DNA of 62,477 nt from an uncultured bacterium (GCA_964654765.1 CAZZKY010000074.1:1-62477); one strand, 5' to 3'. Positions 18,501 to 27,740 are shown, counted from the first letter of the stretch. The notes: a model not told the origin generated them from the sequence alone. Made by a program: numbers and translations.

Positions 18501-21198
18501 CTCCAATGGTAAAGCTGCAACCTGCCTCTCCAAGACCAAGAATATTGCCCTCCGCATCGACCAGTAAATCTACAACGTATGCATAACCAATATTATCAAG
18601 CTCCACTCTACCCGTAACACTTACTCCACTGTTTACAAAGTATATCCATCCTGAAGCATGGAAAATACCTACATTCAAATAATCAAGACCAATAGCAGAG
18701 GCGTACACTATGTGCCCATCATAGGAAATTGCAATATTATGGAAAGTAACCCTTCCATTCACGTTGGAGAGATTGGAAAAGTCAATTTGAGCATAGTAGA
18801 TAACTAAGTAATTTTCAAAGAATCCAAACTCACCTGAAAAAGCAAAGAAATCACCGATATGGAAGTTCTGAACGCCAACAAGCTCACACCCGAGAAACCT
18901 TCCATCGGAAGATATCATCAGATTGTTGAAATAAACGTTGTCGACGCCGATAAAGCCAGAAAGATTGGAAAGGTCAAAGTTTCCACTAAGAATGATTCTG
19001 CCAGGATTGGAGGCAAACCTTCCGTTAGCATAGACAATACGGAACCCATTTATATAGATATTCTGCAAGGTGATTGAACAACTATCTATTCCGCGAGATG
19101 TCGCATACAAGTAGTCTACACTACCTGCGCCGCCCCCAGGCATTTCAACACCACCGCTGAAGTAAAGCACACCATTTACATACTGGAAGTTACCATAAAT
19201 ATGGAAACCATTCACGTAGAAGTCAAAGCCCGGCACATAAAAGCTCAAACCACCATTTCCATTGGCCTTCAAAATCACATAGATACCTCCCTGGAACTCA
19301 GGAATGTAGACAAAGCCTGAGGCAGTGAAGGGGTAAAGATGCATGGTAATGTCTTTGATTACAATATTTCCGAGATTAATGTAACCATCTCTTACGGTGG
19401 CATCTACATATCCGTTGTATAAGGCAGTAAATTCAATATAGAAGCTTATATTCTCAAGATTAACTTGGCCATATCCCGTAATTCCATCTTCTGTAATAGT
19501 AACATTTATACCGTAAATATTCACCGTTATACCTTGACCATCAGGCAATGAGAGGTAATTGGGAAATACACCGTAAAGCTTTCCATTGGGATTAGATCTA
19601 AATTCAATGGGTATCTCAACATAATTGTTCTCGTCTCCAATCCTCACATAACCCTGTCCAATAAATCCGGAATCAGCATAAATAGTACCTGTTAGGTTGT
19701 AAACCATAACGTTACCGTACATAAAGGTACCAGGGTAGACGACTTGTGCAAACCTTTGAGCCCAATTTATTTCAAAATAAAGTGAATCATCTGGTGAAAT
19801 AATCCACCAGGCATAGGCCCGTCCGTCTGACCCAACATAGTAGTGTCTCAACAATATGTTTCCGAAGACTATCGCATCACCATAAATCTGCCAAAATACA
19901 CTGCCATTCTGAGACTTGAATACCACCGTTACATCGCTGCCTCCACTCCTGTAGGTTCCATAACCAAAGAATCCATCCCTTGTGATATAAGCGGTCAGAT
20001 TCTCTATTGTTGCCCCGTTGTTTAAAACAACATAACCCTCTTCAATTCCTATAAAGACATTTCCACTCCAATCAGTGGAGAAGGACACCTTAACTTTTCC
20101 ATTTGCAGGATAGCTCACGTTATTAAAGTATACATATCCTGAACCGTAAAGACCTGCTGTCTTAGAGAGTATCAAAGTCAAATCGTAGATAGTAACAGAA
20201 CCAATCGTTATCTCTGTTGAAACTACTGAGAGTCTAAACTCAGGCTCGTTAAGATTATCAATGTAATAGACCGATACAGTCAATTCAGAACCATAAATAT
20301 TGATTTTGCCCCTAATATCGTAAAGGCCATTACCTATATAACCTGTAAAGTCACTGACCTCTATACCGTGAATTACAAAGTATCCATCATTTATAGCAAG
20401 ATAAGAGTTCGAAGATATACTCAGCTCAATGTCAGCATAGGAGTTGTAAAGTAAAAACTTTCCTTTGCCGAAAAAGCCAGAAGAACTCGAGATCAAAAGG
20501 TAAAAGTCATAAATGGTCAGCTCATTATAAGTGAAGATATTACCATAGCTTTCAGCATATAGTTCGTAACCGTTAAATCCTATGTTGAGATGAAAAACAT
20601 TGCCCAGAAGATTTACATCAGCGCCACCGGTGATCATTCCATTCTCTAAATGAAGGAATAGGTTTGTAAGAACCACATTGTAAACTGTAATCTGTGAATA
20701 GGTTGCGTGAGCCACGAGATTATTTAATGAATCGATTTCAAGAAGTAATGTCAAAGTCCTGTCTCCAAAGGCCACATCTCCGTATCCGTAAAATCCACTC
20801 TGATTGAGAGTGAGGGAGACGTTTCTTATGATTACACCATTTAGTTCAATGTTCCCACCATCGGCGTAAATATTTCCGTAGCTATATACAGTTATGTTTC
20901 CGTTAGTAAAGGCTGAAAGGCTTATCTTCATGTCATCAATGCGAACGTTGAAAACGTTGTTCATTACGACGATTCCGTCAACTGTAATGGTATCCCCTGA
21001 TATAGCTTGGATTACCGCAGCAATCTGAACATTACCAACACTAAACCGGATAGTGTCTCCTATAAAGGCCTTGGTCGACACCTCAAAGGCGGTTTCCGGG
21101 GATGAACCCTTGACACCGCCAGAGAGGTTGACCTCTCTTTCTTTATAGGAGACATTTTGCATTGCACTTAACAGTGATAACACCAACAACCACTGCAT
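15568..21198 (-). CDS. Giant (1876 aa) secreted protein: signal peptide, ~1000-aa degenerate repeat region, beta-sandwich modules, two Cys-free CUB-like domains, T9SS C-terminal sorting domain
   Basis: GGAGG SD overlapping the upstream stop. N-terminus MQWLLVLSLLSAMQ. C-terminus IKVVIYDVLGRSVASG...SGVFFLRVYDEDGKEIESKKFLKVR. See the findings for the repeats and CUB-like modules. Confidence 0.7.
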   Translation of the reverse strand: MQWLLVLSLLSAMQNVSYKEREVNLSGGVKGSSPETAFEVSTKAFIGDTIRFSVGNVQIAAVIQAISGDTITVDGIVVMNNVFNVRIDDMKISLSAFTNGNITVYSYGNIYADGGNIELNGVIIRNVSLTLNQSGFYGYGDVAFGDRTLTLLLEIDSLNNLVAHATYSQITVYNVVLTNLFLHLENGMITGGADVNLLGNVFHLNIGFNGYELYAESYGNIFTYNELTIYDFYLLISSSSGFFGKGKFLLYNSYADIELSISSNSYLAINDGYFVIHGIEVSDFTGYIGNGLYDIRGKINIYGSELTVSVYYIDNLNEPEFRLSVVSTEITIGSVTIYDLTLILSKTAGLYGSGYVYFNNVSYPANGKVKVSFSTDWSGNVFIGIEEGYVVLNNGATIENLTAYITRDGFFGYGTYRSGGSDVTVVFKSQNGSVFWQIYGDAIVFGNILLRHYYVGSDGRAYAWWIISPDDSLYFEINWAQRFAQVVYPGTFMYGNVMVYNLTGTIYADSGFIGQGYVRIGDENNYVEIPIEFRSNPNGKLYGVFPNYLSLPDGQGITVNIYGINVTITEDGITGYGQVNLENISFYIEFTALYNGYVDATVRDGYINLGNIVIKDITMHLYPFTASGFVYIPEFQGGIYVILKANGNGGLSFYVPGFDFYVNGFHIYGNFQYVNGVLYFSGGVEMPGGGAGSVDYLYATSRGIDSCSITLQNIYINGFRIVYANGRFASNPGRIILSGNFDLSNLSGFIGVDNVYFNNLMISSDGRFLGCELVGVQNFHIGDFFAFSGEFGFFENYLVIYYAQIDFSNLSNVNGRVTFHNIAISYDGHIVYASAIGLDYLNVGIFHASGWIYFVNSGVSVTGRVELDNIGYAYVVDLLVDAEGNILGLGEAGCSFTIGGYGFTGSLSFPANNRIYFEGSVHLPVFLSGDASGSILLERTPDGTGGVLGLGYNVLAGSLSIPEFEMGGYHFLGGAFAFDSIGVEGTARINVPEVCEVELRLSFNWDGTFNYAYLAATGMNIPIGSTGLFINGLGGGVYHYTTPYEYWMFVLWGLVSDPVRALALDATIEITTDGRVSGLGHLMIAQYTWATAGFDVYTTQGYLDAFGWLGEDPSEGISFWGCYIRGQDSVYYNWINVDAWGKGNLSVSVWFVSFDAWFGFAYDLSEWPFIYGPYWRQRLYNSGIGASGLALGYLAGINVTWNPARHRFDYDVWWGPVDEQNPGNAPFVSDMVFVGPYPDLGLDFDYVGGEQYIRPYDTYEVPGGYMWVNTGADNTGYFDFNYFGNSGIVYVGLYINSSVAQTVYLKYGIAGEYKLFEDGIVVNSGSNGYAQPDQFTQPLNFDQSGWKFVMFKIRKVFNQWGLYLRVTDANGNIIDGVSYQPNRPDQVVDYHDRALSWDVYRFERQNNVTVEGGKFVLRAEGRPLRLTYMKDKVHYPRIDFPSFKVNFMLNGVARNDSTLILMTDSTLQRYYGVLFYYPSKGDLIEGEILGAGVKTGVKTSFEIGKWYTIEFVFEPESLYLYTYEFSRCRPIRPLFSFKLADDWDPAFYASVGGDDNVLYLDNYAVRHDWKTTMVSIETPHPYPHNARFTWTIEDTSASFIRLHFENFSTDYWDTLYIKDHLGRVWYTYNGPDLGSFSTPPIPSKRVILEFHSDNAVNDFGFKVDYVRSKKDIPYFYSAEWYISTPSPVPNNWDHTYMVSIPDAKAIKVCFTDFNMSVTDSLSADSVILYDVSGYRYASYTGNLGTFFAVAIPGNTVNIRVKTDNTIESQGFRVLYVAYITDDYTGVYDKPLAQGTEVGNVIRGNVLRLSINSTDGNIKVVIYDVLGRSVASGNYFVNKETRSLDVDISKLSSGVFFLRVYDEDGKEIESKKFLKVR

Positions 21199-21202
21199 AA
21201 AA

Positions 21203-22699
21203 TTACCTCCAGTAAATTACTTTCTTAACTTTGCTTTTAAAACCCTTTTGTCTTAAAAAGTAAACACCAGAGGGAAGGTTTAGAGCTTTTAAATCCGAAG
21301 GGGAGCTTACCCTCCCTACAAATCTTCCAACCACATCGAATACCTCAAAATCACCTCCCTGAGTAACGGTTTCTCCAACTCCACTCTGTAGAACAACTGG
21401 TCCATCCAGTGCATCTGTCTCGGGATATTTAAATGCACCCTTATAGTTATAGGCTATGTAAAAATGTTTATAATGCCCAATACTTAAAGATAAGGTCTTC
21501 TCATAGGTTCCCTGAAGCCCACTTCCAGAAACCAAATCCATCATAACCTCTAAAGTATCCTGTTTTGTGGAATCAAAGGGTTCATATAAGAAGTAGAACA
21601 ACTTTACACTGTCACAAGATGTAAATCTTGAGTAATATTCGATGTGAAAGGTGAAAGGTGTGGAATTGGTTCCGGTATCAGCGCTCACTGCAGGATTATA
21701 GAGATAAATCGTGTCTATCATTACATAAGGTCCAGTTAAATAGCCACTTTCAGGAACCCTGCAATACACTCCTTGGGAATTGACAGCATAAAAGTAAACA
21801 TAATATTGGCCTTCGTTACTAAGCGGAACTCTAACCCCATAGACCCCATCATAAGCCTGACCCTGAAGCAAGGAAAGGCTAAACGTATCCTCTACAGAAT
21901 CGGGTTTCAAAACCACAGCGTCGATGGCATAAGGGGGATAGTTGTAATTATCGTAGTAACGAACTAAGAAACTAAAAAGGGAACCAACTTCGCCGGTATC
22001 AGGGACAACCCGTGGATCGTACAACACGGGCTGATTTGGCATCCGATACGAAACGTAAAGGTAAGTCTTTTCTCCAAAAAAGTTGACTCCTGCGTCAGAG
22101 CCCTCTTCATCATATTTAACAATCCCGAGGCCAACCCATGTGATTCCCTGGGCTAAACGGCTATTTAGGTAATCTACAAAGGCTTGATTAAGGGGAAGGA
22201 ACGTGGAATCAGAAGGGTAGTACACATTATACTGGGGATCCATTTCAACATAAAAAGGATTATCTACAAAAAGATAGCCATCGTATGCATCATTAAAGAG
22301 CGTACTGCTTTCACCTCCGCTGTAGGGATACCAATCTGCTAAGTTTTGTTCCATACTGTAAAGTAAAAGAGAACTCCAACTGCCATCCCACTCATCAGAC
22401 CACTGACCATCGTACGCCACATATAACCTTAACCCTGCACTTTGAATAGTTGCACCCGACGGTATAAAAGAAAGGTCAAATTGGATGTAACCTCTTCCCC
22501 ATTCGTCGATCCAGTCATCATCGTAACCGACCATAATCGGATAACTAAGTGGATCATCGTCAGTAAGATAAACATAAAAGTAAGTCTCCTCCGACACCCA
22601 CCACTCATCTGTTCTATATGAATAACCATAGTACTGAACCTGGACTGTTGAGTCGCTAATCTGGCCCATTATTGCAAGCAGAAGAATTACAACCTTCAT
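21203..22699 (-). CDS. Secreted protein: DNRLRE-like N-domain, two ~95-aa beta-sandwich repeats, T9SS C-terminal sorting domain
   Basis: Start placed at ATG 22699 (MKVVILLLAIMG signal peptide). The TTG at 22735 coincides with a -35 box. GRGYIQFDLSFIPSGATIQSAGLRLYV resembles the DNRLRE domain. Repeats: DTGEVGSLFSFLVRYYD... and DTGTNSTPFTFHIEYYS.... CTD: FEVFDVVGRFVGRV...SGVYFLRQKGFKSKVKKVIYWR. Confidence 0.65.
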   Translation of the reverse strand: MKVVILLLAIMGQISDSTVQVQYYGYSYRTDEWWVSEETYFYVYLTDDDPLSYPIMVGYDDDWIDEWGRGYIQFDLSFIPSGATIQSAGLRLYVAYDGQWSDEWDGSWSSLLLYSMEQNLADWYPYSGGESSTLFNDAYDGYLFVDNPFYVEMDPQYNVYYPSDSTFLPLNQAFVDYLNSRLAQGITWVGLGIVKYDEEGSDAGVNFFGEKTYLYVSYRMPNQPVLYDPRVVPDTGEVGSLFSFLVRYYDNYNYPPYAIDAVVLKPDSVEDTFSLSLLQGQAYDGVYGVRVPLSNEGQYYVYFYAVNSQGVYCRVPESGYLTGPYVMIDTIYLYNPAVSADTGTNSTPFTFHIEYYSRFTSCDSVKLFYFLYEPFDSTKQDTLEVMMDLVSGSGLQGTYEKTLSLSIGHYKHFYIAYNYKGAFKYPETDALDGPVVLQSGVGETVTQGGDFEVFDVVGRFVGRVSSPSDLKALNLPSGVYFLRQKGFKSKVKKVIYWR

Positions 22700-22706
22700 A
22701 GTTATT

Positions 22707-22735
22707 ATTATATATAAAAGACCACTTTTAGTCAA
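22707..22735 (-). promoter_or_regulatory. Consensus sigma70-type promoter abutting the start codon (leaderless-type)
   Basis: Minus strand: TTGACT (22735..22730), 17 nt, TATAAT (22712..22707), then 7 nt and ATG (22699). No SD. Confidence 0.45.
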
Positions 22736-22818
22736 GTGTCAATTTTTTTTAACAGTGATTATTCCATTAGAAATGCCAACGATCTCAAAACTTTTCTGTT
22801 CTAAAGGATGAGGATTTA

Positions 22819-23568
22819 TTAGACTAAAATACGCCAATCGTGAGAGTAAACATTACATTTTTTACCTCTGAGAAATCCAATAAGGGTAAGGCCATATGTT
22901 TGTGCAAGGTCAATGGCAAAGGTTGTGGGAGCGGAATGGGAAACAATTACCGGAATCCTTACTAACACTGCCTTTCTGACTATTTCACTGGATATTCTAC
23001 CGCTTGTAAGTAAAAAGGTGCCTGAAAGTTCTTTCCCCTCAAGCAAGGCTTTGCCTATAACCTTATCAACCGCATTATGCCTTGCTACGTCTTCAGAAAA
23101 ATAAATTATTCCCAACTCGTCACAAATCGCGGATGAATGGAGAGATCCTGCTAATTTGAAATTCACAGATTTCTTATTAAACTCTTCGAAAATTTCGAAA
23201 ATCTTTGATACCCTAAAGTAAACTCTCTCTTCAACAAGAACAGGAAGGTCAGTTAAGCAGAAATTTTCCACTGAAGAACCGCATCCAGAGGTAAAACCCC
23301 AGAAAGCACCTGGTTCAAAGTTAACTTCTCCATCTAAAAAGATTTTGCCATTTTCTTCCCACACTTTAACCTTTGAAAGATCCTTTATCACTCGATTAGT
23401 GTAAAGATAACCTACTGCCCATTCATAAAGCTCTGAAGGGGAAACAGTGTGCCTGAAAAGCACTCTGCCGCTATGGATAACTTCAACAAACTCTTCTTGC
23501 GCAATATAATCATCAACGGGTACAGCCTTTCCACCCGAAACTTTTATTACTTTTCTTATCTCAATCAC
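22819..23568 (-). CDS. fdhD: Formate dehydrogenase accessory sulfurtransferase FdhD
   Basis: FdhD/NarQ-like C-terminus: RHNAVDKVIGKALLEG...LLTSGRISSEIVRKAVLVRIPVIVSHSAPTTFAIDLAQTYGLTLIGFLRG. Only one Cys in the TSGCGSS loop. Confidence 0.85.
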   Translation of the reverse strand: MIEIRKVIKVSGGKAVPVDDYIAQEEFVEVIHSGRVLFRHTVSPSELYEWAVGYLYTNRVIKDLSKVKVWEENGKIFLDGEVNFEPGAFWGFTSGCGSSVENFCLTDLPVLVEERVYFRVSKIFEIFEEFNKKSVNFKLAGSLHSSAICDELGIIYFSEDVARHNAVDKVIGKALLEGKELSGTFLLTSGRISSEIVRKAVLVRIPVIVSHSAPTTFAIDLAQTYGLTLIGFLRGKKCNVYSHDWRILV

Positions 23569-24169
23569 GGAAAAAAGCCCTTAAATCTTCTCTGGTGTTT
23601 ATATTGACAAAACTTTGAAATTCCGGATCAAAAATTCTTATCTTTTCTTCTGGAACCACTTCGAGATTAACACCTGAATAAAATCCTGTAATTTTCAGAC
23701 TGCCCTTCTTAATTTCTTTTTCAATAGCATAAATGCAGGACTTACTGTAAACAGCCAAAAGTGGCTCAAAATACCCCTTTACCAACGGGACAGTTACATC
23801 CGCCATACACTCCTCGGCCTTTGCGAGTAAAAATTCTACTAATCCCCTTTTAATAAAAGGCATGTCACAAGCAATAACCAGGTTAATAAAACTCTTTGAA
23901 GCCTTTAAACCGGCATAAAGGCCGAAAATGGGGGCATATACACGAGAATTATCCAAAATGCAGGTGAAAGGCTCAATACATTGCTCCCGTTCCTTGACTA
24001 CGACCAAAACTTCATCAAAAAGGTCTTTTATTCTTTCAACAGAATAGTCAATTAACCTTTTTTGATTTACCAGGAGGATGGGCTTTGGCTCACCCATCCT
24101 CCTGGACTGGCCACCAGCAAGAATTATAAGGCTTCTATTTTTGCTCTTTTGGTTTTCTAACATACACAA
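23561..24169 (-). CDS. mobA: Molybdenum cofactor guanylyltransferase MobA
   Basis: LIILAGGQSRRMGEPKPIL N-terminal motif, ~200 aa, embedded in the FDH accessory set. Confidence 0.8.
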   Translation of the reverse strand: MCMLENQKSKNRSLIILAGGQSRRMGEPKPILLVNQKRLIDYSVERIKDLFDEVLVVVKEREQCIEPFTCILDNSRVYAPIFGLYAGLKASKSFINLVIACDMPFIKRGLVEFLLAKAEECMADVTVPLVKGYFEPLLAVYSKSCIYAIEKEIKKGSLKITGFYSGVNLEVVPEEKIRIFDPEFQSFVNINTREDLRAFFRD

Positions 24170-25013
24170 GCCAGTAGAGAGTGGCCACTAACCCAGCACC
24201 ACCGAGTATGTTCCCAAGAGTAACGGGGATAAGATTCTTTACGAAGAAACCGTACCAAGTAAGATTTGTGAGGTTAGGCATTCCTGTCTCTTCAATAACC
24301 TTAACGAGGCCTGCATTAACTGCGGCATTAACTACCTCGGGTACGTTCTTCAAGAAAATACCCATAGGAATAAAATACATATTGGCAATCGAGTGTTCAA
24401 AGCCTGATGCGACGAATGCCATAATCGGGAAGAAAATCGCAAATATTTTACCAATTACGTCCCGGGACGCTATAGCCATCCAAACCGCAAGACAAACAAG
24501 CCAGTTACACAAAATACCCCGAGCAAAAGCGGGGAGGAAAGCCAAGCTTGCTTTGGAATTTGCAATGGAAAGGGCGTAGGCACCGACGAGATTTCCGTTC
24601 ATTTTCCAAAGTTCTGTCCAGTACATTAAAACAACCAGAAGAAGGGACCCAATGAGGTTTGCAATATAAACAACACTCCAGTTATAAAGCAGTTTACCAA
24701 CGGAGGCCTTGCCGTCAAGAACGGATAGCATTATGAGGTTATTTCCCGTGAATAATTCGGCACCAGCAATTACTACCAGCATTAGTCCCACGGAAAATAC
24801 CGCTCCTTGCATGAACCTCGCGAAACCAACTCCAAGATACTTTGCCAAATCATGTCCAACCATCGTAGAAAGCTGTGCACCAAATCCGATATATACACCA
24901 GCAAGAATACCGAGTACGAGGAGCTTTGTAAAGCTCGCAGTTACCTTTTTAATACACACATCATTTGTTAATTGATCCGCTACATTAGCCGGGGCTCTGC
25001 ATTCAAACTCCAT
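24135..25013 (-). CDS. focA: Formate/nitrite transporter family channel (FocA-like)
   Basis: Six-TM FNT pattern: GAELFTGN...; FEHSIANMYFIP.... AAGGAGG SD. Confidence 0.85.
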   Translation of the reverse strand: MEFECRAPANVADQLTNDVCIKKVTASFTKLLVLGILAGVYIGFGAQLSTMVGHDLAKYLGVGFARFMQGAVFSVGLMLVVIAGAELFTGNNLIMLSVLDGKASVGKLLYNWSVVYIANLIGSLLLVVLMYWTELWKMNGNLVGAYALSIANSKASLAFLPAFARGILCNWLVCLAVWMAIASRDVIGKIFAIFFPIMAFVASGFEHSIANMYFIPMGIFLKNVPEVVNAAVNAGLVKVIEETGMPNLTNLTWYGFFVKNLIPVTLGNILGGAGLVATLYWLVYVRKPKEQK

Positions 25014-25028
25014 ACTTACACCTCCTTT

Positions 25029-27740
25029 TTAATTTATTTTTTCAATTTTACATGAACAAACCTTTAATTCTGGAATTTTTGCTATGGGATCTAAAGCATC
25101 ATTTGTTAAAATATTTGCTGCTGCCTCACTGAAATGGAATGGAATGAACACAAGTCCGGGGAATACCCTATCACTGGCAACTGCTTTAATCTCAATAGAG
25201 CCTCTGCGAGAAGATACTTTAACCTTTTCGCCATCTTTTATACCAAGCTTTTCCATGTCATCGGGGTTCATCTCCATGTAAGGTTCGTTGCTATACTTGA
25301 TTAGGGAGTTACTTCTTCTCGTCATCGTCGCAGTGTGATAGTGATAAAGCATTCTTCCTGTAGATAATATAAAGGGATAATTTTCATCGGGGAGCTCAGC
25401 AGGTGGAATAAAATCTACGGGATGGAACTTCCCAAGACCGCGAGAGAATTTCTCTTTGTGGAGATACTGAGTTCCAGGATGTTCAGGCGTTGGGCAAGGC
25501 CACTGTAGTTTTTCACCTCTATTAACTCTTTCCGGGGTTATACCACCATAGATTGGTGTTAGTCTGTTGATTTCTCTGAGAATATCTTCCCATGAAGCGT
25601 AATTCATTTCATAACCCATTCTCCTTGCGATTTCCTGTATTATCTCCCAGTCTGCCCTGATTCCGGGAAGTGGTTCTATTGCCTTATTAACTTTCAATAT
25701 GCGCCTTTCTGTATTAGTGAAAGTTCCCTCTTTTTCAGCAAAGGAAGCCACAGGGAGAATAACATCGGCAAACTGGGTGGTTTCTGTCATAAAAATGTCC
25801 TGGCAAACTATAAATTCTACCTTCTCCAGTGCTTCTTTTACGTGAGGGATATTTGGATCCGACATCATTGGATTCTCACCCATCATATAGAAAGCCTTAA
25901 CTTTGCCTTCGGTAGCCGCATACATCATCTCTACAACTGTGAGTCCCGGTTTATCAGGTAGTTTAACGCCCCATGCCTCCTCAAATTTCTTCCTTGCCTG
26001 TTCATCTACAACCTTTTGGTAGCCTGAATACACATCGGGGAGACCTCCCATGTCACAAGCACCCTGGACGTTATTTTGACCTCTCAAAGGATTTACACCC
26101 GTTGATTCCCTACCTATATGACCAGTTATCATTGCCAAGTTTGCAAGAGAGAGAACGTTATCAACCCCGGTTGTGTGCTGGGTAATTCCCATGGAGTAAA
26201 CTATTGACGCCTTCTCAGCTTTGGCATAAAGCCTGGCTGCCTCAATAAGTTTTTCCTTTGGAATTCCAGTAATTTCTTCGACTTTTTCGGGGGTATACTT
26301 CTCAATTATCGGTATGATTGAATCAAAATCTTCGGTCCTGCTTTTAATGAATTCCTCATTGTAAAGCTTCTCTTTCCAAATTATGTGCAGCATCCCATTA
26401 ATCCACGCAACATCAGTACCATTTCTTTGCTGAAGGTGAAGGGTTGCGTATTTTACTAAATCAATCTTTCTCGGATCTACTACAATCAACTTCGCACCGT
26501 GGAAGACTACAGCCCTCTTTATATAGGTGGCTATGACTGGGTGTGTCTCCGTAGTGTTGGAACCCGTAACGAGGATTACATCTGCGTACTCAAGTTCTTT
26601 AATAGAATTAGTCATCGCACCAGAACCAAAGGCTCTCGCAAGTCCTGCTACCGTTGATGCATGGCAGAGCCTCGCACAGTGGTCCACATTGTTAGTCCCA
26701 ATAACTGCTCTCATGAACTTCTGGAATACGTAGTTTTCTTCATTAGTGCATTTTGCAGAGGCAAGGCCTGCAATCGCATCAGGACCGTATTTTTCTTTAA
26801 TTTCGGTCAATTTTTTGGCAACAAAGTCAAGGGCTTCATCCCACTCAACTTCTTCAAATTTACCGTTTTTCTTAATAAGAGGCTTAGTCAATCTATCAGG
26901 TTTATGGACAAAATCAAGCCCAAAGCGGCCCTTAACACAAGTTTTTCCTTCATTTGGAATCTCATTAGCACCAAGAACTTTTACAATTCTGTTATCTTTG
27001 ATCCAAAGCTCAAGCTGGCACCCAACACCGCAGTAAGGGCATGTAGTAACCACTTTCTTGTCCACATCCTTTGCTCTGACTTTAACTCCGTAAGTCTCCC
27101 ACTTTTCTACCAGTGCTCCGGTCGGACACGCCTGGACACACTGACCACAGCCATCACATTCAGATTCGGACCACTTGCCAAGCCCCGCAACCACATAAGA
27201 TTCAATACCTCTTTCAGCAAAGCTCAAAACATTTTTAACCTGAAGCTCAGCACATGCTTTTATACAACGCATACATTTTATACATTTGGAGGAATCGTAA
27301 TACAGTACTGGTGAAGAGGCATCAATCTTTCTCTCGAGCTCCTGCCATATTGAGGCAAACATCCTATTATCTCTTCCAAGATTGTACCTGTAAGCCAGAT
27401 CCTGTAATTCGCAATTACCATCCCTATCACAATTTATACAATCATCATTGTGTTCAGAAAGAATATTATCAAGCAGAATTTTCCTGGTGTTCTCAAGTTC
27501 TTCATCAAAAGCAGTGATCTTCATCCCCTCCTGAACGGTCAAAAGGCAGGAGGGCACCATTCCCGATCTGCCTTCAACCTTAACTATACAGAGTCTGCAT
27601 AACCCACTGGGAGATAGCTCCTTTAAGAAACACAGAGATGGGATATCGATTCCGTTTTCCTTTGCTACCTTTAATACAGGCTCCCCTTCGGGAGCAACTA
27701 TTTCCCTACCATCTATTGTTATTTTAACCAACCTACTCAT
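25029..27740 (-). CDS. fdhA: Formate dehydrogenase catalytic subunit (FdsA/FdhA type) with NuoG-like N-terminal Fe-S module; Cys (not Sec) at the Mo ligand position
   Basis: Start at ATG 27740 (GGGGAGG SD, 6-nt spacer; overlaps the hydF stop). N-terminal [2Fe-2S] (CFLKELSPSGLCRLC), HNDDCINCDRDGNC, two CxxCxxCxxxCP motifs. MopB cluster CPYCGVGCQ. HCARLCHASTVAG and RGQNNVQGACDMG. Confidence 0.9.
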   Translation of the reverse strand: MSRLVKITIDGREIVAPEGEPVLKVAKENGIDIPSLCFLKELSPSGLCRLCIVKVEGRSGMVPSCLLTVQEGMKITAFDEELENTRKILLDNILSEHNDDCINCDRDGNCELQDLAYRYNLGRDNRMFASIWQELERKIDASSPVLYYDSSKCIKCMRCIKACAELQVKNVLSFAERGIESYVVAGLGKWSESECDGCGQCVQACPTGALVEKWETYGVKVRAKDVDKKVVTTCPYCGVGCQLELWIKDNRIVKVLGANEIPNEGKTCVKGRFGLDFVHKPDRLTKPLIKKNGKFEEVEWDEALDFVAKKLTEIKEKYGPDAIAGLASAKCTNEENYVFQKFMRAVIGTNNVDHCARLCHASTVAGLARAFGSGAMTNSIKELEYADVILVTGSNTTETHPVIATYIKRAVVFHGAKLIVVDPRKIDLVKYATLHLQQRNGTDVAWINGMLHIIWKEKLYNEEFIKSRTEDFDSIIPIIEKYTPEKVEEITGIPKEKLIEAARLYAKAEKASIVYSMGITQHTTGVDNVLSLANLAMITGHIGRESTGVNPLRGQNNVQGACDMGGLPDVYSGYQKVVDEQARKKFEEAWGVKLPDKPGLTVVEMMYAATEGKVKAFYMMGENPMMSDPNIPHVKEALEKVEFIVCQDIFMTETTQFADVILPVASFAEKEGTFTNTERRILKVNKAIEPLPGIRADWEIIQEIARRMGYEMNYASWEDILREINRLTPIYGGITPERVNRGEKLQWPCPTPEHPGTQYLHKEKFSRGLGKFHPVDFIPPAELPDENYPFILSTGRMLYHYHTATMTRRSNSLIKYSNEPYMEMNPDDMEKLGIKDGEKVKVSSRRGSIEIKAVASDRVFPGLVFIPFHFSEAAANILTNDALDPIAKIPELKVCSCKIEKIN

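Noticed and set aside
21196-21210. An identical 15-mer, GGAGGTAATTTTATG, occurs at two gene junctions (21196..21210 and 35496..35510, minus strand).
   Set aside because: It is simply SD + TAA stop + spacer + ATG, an optimised coupling junction. It is too short, and its context differs too much, to indicate a repeat element or recombination.
26661-27314. Long antisense ORFs inside well-supported genes. Examples: 26661..27314 (217 aa) in fdhA; 17122..17664 (180 aa) in the giant gene; 36182..36688, 33896..34363, 40049..40471, 24181..24579, 3670..4039 and 89..487.
   Set aside because: All lie entirely antisense to genes with strong family motifs. Their translations are low-complexity (S/P/L/T/F-rich) with no recognisable domain and no SD. 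This is typical of shadow ORFs on the opposite strand of coding sequence.
25029-27740. Selenocysteine-containing formate dehydrogenase.
   Set aside because: The Mo-ligand position reads HCARLCHAST with a Cys codon. There is no in-frame TGA, and no SECIS-like hairpin is needed.
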